Assembly: GCA_029242765.1 (NCBI GenBank)
Contig: JAQWTJ010000004.1
Span: forward strand, 72-64,071
DNA: 64,000 bases
Origin: Flavobacteriales bacterium
GTDB lineage: Bacteria; Bacteroidota; Bacteroidia; Flavobacteriales_D; Sanyastnellaceae
Direction of reading: 5' to 3'
Shown: positions 63,830 through 64,000 of the stretch, in pieces
How positions within the stretch are numbered: position 1 is the first letter of the stretch
Layout: each line of letters starts with the position of its first letter
Made by a program: the position numbers and the translations under genes
Notes under the pieces: generated by a model
What the model was told of the DNA's origin: nothing
Database searches by the model: none
The model's input: only the letters and a program-made list of their open reading frames with translations

Positions 63830-64000
63830 TTACTTCTTGTGACGGTCGTAACGCGTCCGGAACTTATCAATTCGTCCAGCCGTATCAACCAAGGTCGACT
63901 TGCCTGTGTAATACGGGTGACTTGCAGATGAAATCTCCACCTTAATAACAGGGTACTCGTTGCCATCTTCCCACTTTTCAGTTTCAGTTGACTCAGCACA
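63830..64000 (-). CDS. rpmE: 50S ribosomal protein L31 (type B-like), 3' part only; the start lies beyond the window edge
   Basis: My manual minus-strand translation reads ...[51 protein letters not shown] with the stop at 63830-63832. SHPYYTGK...VDTAGRI.KF is the L31 signature. This frame is not in the supplied ORF track because it has no in-window start. Confidence 0.8.
   Translation of the reverse strand, partial: CAESTETEKWEDGNEYPVIKVEISSASHPYYTGKSTLVDTAGRIDKFRTRYDRHKK

Noticed and set aside
63805-63999. 64-aa minus-strand ORF from the supplied track ([18 protein letters not shown]...).
   Set aside because: A different minus-strand frame over the same bases encodes an unmistakable L31 C-terminus (SHPYYTGK...[10 protein letters not shown]). 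The tracked ORF is an out-of-frame shadow.
1-64000. Scanned for defence systems, toxin-antitoxin pairs, integrases/transposases, prophage genes and CRISPR-cas.
   Set aside because: No ORF shows nuclease/methylase, integrase, transposase, Cas or phage structural motifs that I can recognise. The accessory character of the window comes from secreted multi-domain proteins, not mobile or defence modules.

Overview
This 64 kb window looks like a chromosomal segment from a Bacteroidota genome, probably Flavobacteriia-like. The evidence is T9SS type A and type B C-terminal sorting domains, a PorP/SprF gene, a divergent tsaD/tamB pair, a divergent acyl-CoA reductase/ferredoxin pair and an S46 peptidase. 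It looks moderately GC-rich by eye, but I did not compute GC. I call about 45 protein genes, one tRNA-Arg(ACG) and a few terminators. I found no CRISPR array, IS element, prophage or recognisable defence system.

Housekeeping genes are interspersed with an unusually dense set of large, cysteine-rich, multi-domain secreted proteins. The housekeeping set is tsaD, tamB-like, uvrA, icmF, ltaE, yaaA, an FKBP isomerase, ribA, ribB-like, fbaA, def and rpmE.

The main leads are:
- Two paralogous secreted proteins carry a complete lysyl-oxidase (LOX) catalytic domain, with the Cu His-triad and the LTQ Lys/Tyr retained. They bracket icmF. They share one architecture, but one ends in a T9SS type A CTD and the other in dockerin-like tails.
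- A 28-30 aa Cys-bracketed single EF-hand (dockerin-like) motif sits at the extreme C-terminus of four large secreted proteins that lack any T9SS CTD. The LOX proteins also contain a possible cohesin-like module.
- An unnamed domain of about 175 aa (TYRVYA...DSW.TIG...GR.L.GQ.TT.G) occurs at least six times in four proteins. One copy is in the SprB-like type B T9SS adhesin, and another makes up a small protein encoded just after its PorP/SprF partner.
- A 22-aa module, C(T)D..A.NY(D/N)..A..DDGSC, occurs 21 times in six proteins.
- A 1093-aa protein fuses an N-terminal cupredoxin to CBM-like modules and contains about 2.5 near-identical 750-bp tandem coding repeats.

All family assignments come from motif recognition by eye. 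No searches were run.
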